Origin: an uncultured delta proteobacterium
GTDB taxonomy: Bacteria; Desulfobacterota; Binatia; UBA9968
Assembly (NCBI GenBank): GCA_963737905.1
Contig: CAVTUQ010000002.1
Coordinates: 224,001 to 288,000, forward strand
DNA: 64,000 nucleotides
Reading direction: 5' to 3'
In this document: positions 61,603 to 64,000 of the stretch, piece by piece
Numbering within the stretch: the first letter of the stretch is position 1
How the letters are laid out: every line of letters begins with the position of its first letter
Notes under the pieces: generated by a model
Seen by the model: only the letters and a program-made list of their open reading frames with translations
Databases searched by the model: none
What the model was told of the DNA's origin: nothing
Position numbers and translations under genes: made by a program

Positions 61603-62733
61603 CTATTGTGTGGCGATCATTACAATCGCGGTTACGATCACATTCAAAAGAGCGAGGGGGAGCAGCATTTTCCAACCCAGCCGCATCACCTGGTCGTAGC
61701 GAAATCTCGGCACACTCCAACGAAGCAAAATTTGCAGCCAGCAGAAAAAGAGGACTTTAAGGGTAAACGCCGCCACCTGCAGAACGGTCACCGTTAGCTG
61801 CGGGAGCAAGACGGTTTCTCCCCAGGGAAAGTGAAACCCGTCGCGCATGAGATAGGGCACCTGCCATCCGCCGAAGAACAGCGTCGTGACCAGGCCCGCG
61901 GCTGTGACGATCTCGGCGAACTCACCGGCGAAAAACATCAGGAACTTGCCGCCGGAGTATTCCGTGTGATAACCGGCAACCAATTCCGACTCTCCTTCCG
62001 GGAGATCGAATGGAATCCGTTTGGTCTCCGCAACCGCCGCAGTGAAAAAAAGCAGAAACGCCAGCGGCTGTAGTAAAATGCCCCAAGCCGGCAGCCAGCC
62101 GATAGTGGACTTCAGGAATCGCGCCGATTCCGGCAGCATGTCTCGGATCAGAATTCCCTGACCACGCGCGATATCCTGCAAATCCAGCGTGCCAAAAACC
62201 ATGAGGATTCCGATTACGGAGAGACCCATGGCGACTTCATAAGAGATCATCTGGGCCGAGCCACGAACTCCCCCCAATAAGGAGAACTTGTTGTTCGAAG
62301 CCCAGGCGCCGATGACGATGCCGTAGACGCCCAAAGATCCCATGGCAAAGACATACAGAATGCCGATATTGAGATTGGCGACCTGCAGATTGATCACCCG
62401 CTCGCCCAGCACCAAGACGTCGCCGAACGGGATCACCGCAAAAGTTACCAACGCGGTAAACAACGCCATACAGGGCGCCAGGGTATGAAGGAATCTGTCT
62501 CCCTGAGGGGGGACGAAATCCTCCTTGGTCAAAAACTTGAGGGGGTCGGCGATGAGGGTATTGACGAGGCCCATCCCGGCAAAGCCGAAAATCGAGGCGC
62601 GATTGGCCCCGATACGATCCTGAATGAGGGCGCTGCCTTTGCGTTCGATCCAGCCGAGAATACCGGCAAGATTTAAAACCATGAAAAGGACAAGGAAAGC
62701 CTTAACCGCGACGATCCCGATATCAACGATCAT
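61603..62733 (-). CDS. nuoH: NADH-quinone oxidoreductase subunit H
   Basis: ERK..QDRIGANR, AQMISYE, RIPFDLPEGESELVAGYHTEYS, PRFRYDQ. Confidence 0.96.
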   Translation of the reverse strand: MIVDIGIVAVKAFLVLFMVLNLAGILGWIERKGSALIQDRIGANRASIFGFAGMGLVNTLIADPLKFLTKEDFVPPQGDRFLHTLAPCMALFTALVTFAVIPFGDVLVLGERVINLQVANLNIGILYVFAMGSLGVYGIVIGAWASNNKFSLLGGVRGSAQMISYEVAMGLSVIGILMVFGTLDLQDIARGQGILIRDMLPESARFLKSTIGWLPAWGILLQPLAFLLFFTAAVAETKRIPFDLPEGESELVAGYHTEYSGGKFLMFFAGEFAEIVTAAGLVTTLFFGGWQVPYLMRDGFHFPWGETVLLPQLTVTVLQVAAFTLKVLFFCWLQILLRWSVPRFRYDQVMRLGWKMLLPLALLNVIVTAIVMIATQ

Positions 62734-63998
62734 GACTGTCCTACATCGCCGCCCAGTTGCACTCCCAGCGGTCCGATCGCAGCATAGTTGAGTCCCTGGT
62801 AACCCGTCACTTCTTTCGCCAGCCCATCGAACACTTCCGACGGGGTGGAGTAGGAAACTCTTTCCCCTAAGGCATCCAGCAACCGACCGAAGATTTCACA
62901 ATCCTGCATTGCGCCCTCTGGAGCGATGGTCGCAGCATTCAGTTTCTGCACCCGCCCGTTTCTGTTGGTGTAAGTTCCTTCTTTCTCCGCGAAATGCGTC
63001 GATGGAAGAACAACATGAGCCAGCTCGGCCGTCGCGGTCATGCGAATGTCTTGAACCACCAGGAAGGAAAGTTTCTTTAGCGCCTGGTAAATCCTGTCTT
63101 TATCCTTGTCTATGCCCGTCAAATCCTCACCGACGACGTAAGCACCGGAAAAATAGCCCTCCAATAGTTTGCCCATGAGCGGTTCAAAGCCGCCGTTGGA
63201 GCTTACACCCATTTCCCTCGCGCCGCGAAAATTCGGCGAACGGTCCGGGCTCATCAAGATTTTCTCAACTTCCGTAAGCTCTCGCTCCTGGTAGAAAACT
63301 TCGAGAGCGCAGTCTTGGGAAAGCCGTTTCATCAGCTTGGCGAACAGAAAAGCCTCTTCGTTCGTGCCTCTTCCCGAAAGTATTCCCGCCAAAGGGGTAG
63401 CACCACGCAAACCGTTCAGCACAACCTCGAGCGCTCTGTCCCACGTCGTCGGGACCAGCCCGCCTTCTTGGCGAATCAGGGGCGTGGTTAACCGTTCACC
63501 GCCGGTCAAATCATGAAAACAATAGCGCCCTTCGTCGCAGAGCCAGTGGCTATTCACCGCTTCGTTGATCCGCGGCTTAAAACGAGCGATGCGGTTTTGA
63601 TACGTTTCGACGCTTACGTTGCAGCCGGTGCTGCAGCCGGGGCAGATGGACGGCGTTTTCTGTAAATACCAGACCCGAACTTTAAAGCGAAAATCGCGAT
63701 CCGTGAGCGCGCCCACCGGACAGATATCAACGACGTTACCGGAAAGCGGGTTATCGAGAACCGTGTCGGGAAACAATGCGATGGTCGAATGATCGCCGCG
63801 ATTGACCACCGCCAGCTCGTTGGTGCGAGTAATTTCCTGAAAAAAGCGCACACAGCGCGTACACTTGATACAGCGCTCGCCGTCGAAGACAACGTTGGGA
63901 CCGAAAACTTCCCGCTTGCGGTCGTGCTCCTTTCTCTCCTCAAACCGGCTCCCCTGCAGATCATGCTGCATGTAATAGTCCTGCAGCCAGCACTCCCC
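62730..63998 (-). CDS. nuoG: NADH-quinone oxidoreductase subunit G (5' truncated by window edge)
   Basis: ECWLQD, RCIKCTRCVRF, DICPVGAL, CPGCSTGC..WLCDEGR, EKEGTYTN. Confidence 0.9.
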   Translation of the reverse strand, partial: GECWLQDYYMQHDLQGSRFEERKEHDRKREVFGPNVVFDGERCIKCTRCVRFFQEITRTNELAVVNRGDHSTIALFPDTVLDNPLSGNVVDICPVGALTDRDFRFKVRVWYLQKTPSICPGCSTGCNVSVETYQNRIARFKPRINEAVNSHWLCDEGRYCFHDLTGGERLTTPLIRQEGGLVPTTWDRALEVVLNGLRGATPLAGILSGRGTNEEAFLFAKLMKRLSQDCALEVFYQERELTEVEKILMSPDRSPNFRGAREMGVSSNGGFEPLMGKLLEGYFSGAYVVGEDLTGIDKDKDRIYQALKKLSFLVVQDIRMTATAELAHVVLPSTHFAEKEGTYTNRNGRVQKLNAATIAPEGAMQDCEIFGRLLDALGERVSYSTPSEVFDGLAKEVTGYQGLNYAAIGPLGVQLGGDVGQS

Positions 63999-64000
63999 CG

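Overview
A 64 kb bacterial chromosomal window with no rRNA, tRNA, CRISPR array, integrase or transposase that I could see. The gene content (many orphan COG2984-type and NitT/TauT substrate-binding proteins, amidohydrolases, LLM, UbiD) suggests a Binatia/Deltaproteobacteria-like soil metagenome genome, but that is inference. Left part: a NitT/TauT ABC operon plus UbiD interrupted by an MNT-HEPN toxin-antitoxin pair and a COG2984 gene, then hrpB, and a translationally coupled pair of GAPDH genes whose upstream member has Ile in place of the catalytic Cys. Next is a 1152-bp tandem duplication of pssA; each unit carries an internally deleted relic of that gap operon. From about 21.9 to 33.4 kb is an array of 6 COG2984 paralogs plus a remnant (intact, frameshifted, internally deleted, mosaic) with shared leader and trailer motifs and 7-bp periodic repeats, interleaved with TA/defence-type cargo (Phd and ParE pieces, AAA-DUF4143, VapBC, LigD fragment). 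Right part: catabolic genes, a fluoride riboswitch controlling DUF190-CBS/crcB, a ribB-ribA fusion with a degenerate cyclohydrolase domain, a cytochrome c with a CXCH motif, moxR, mltG, glgP and nuoG(partial)-H-J-K-L-M-N. All family calls come from motif recognition by eye, not database searches. Some frameshifts look like homopolymer sequencing errors.
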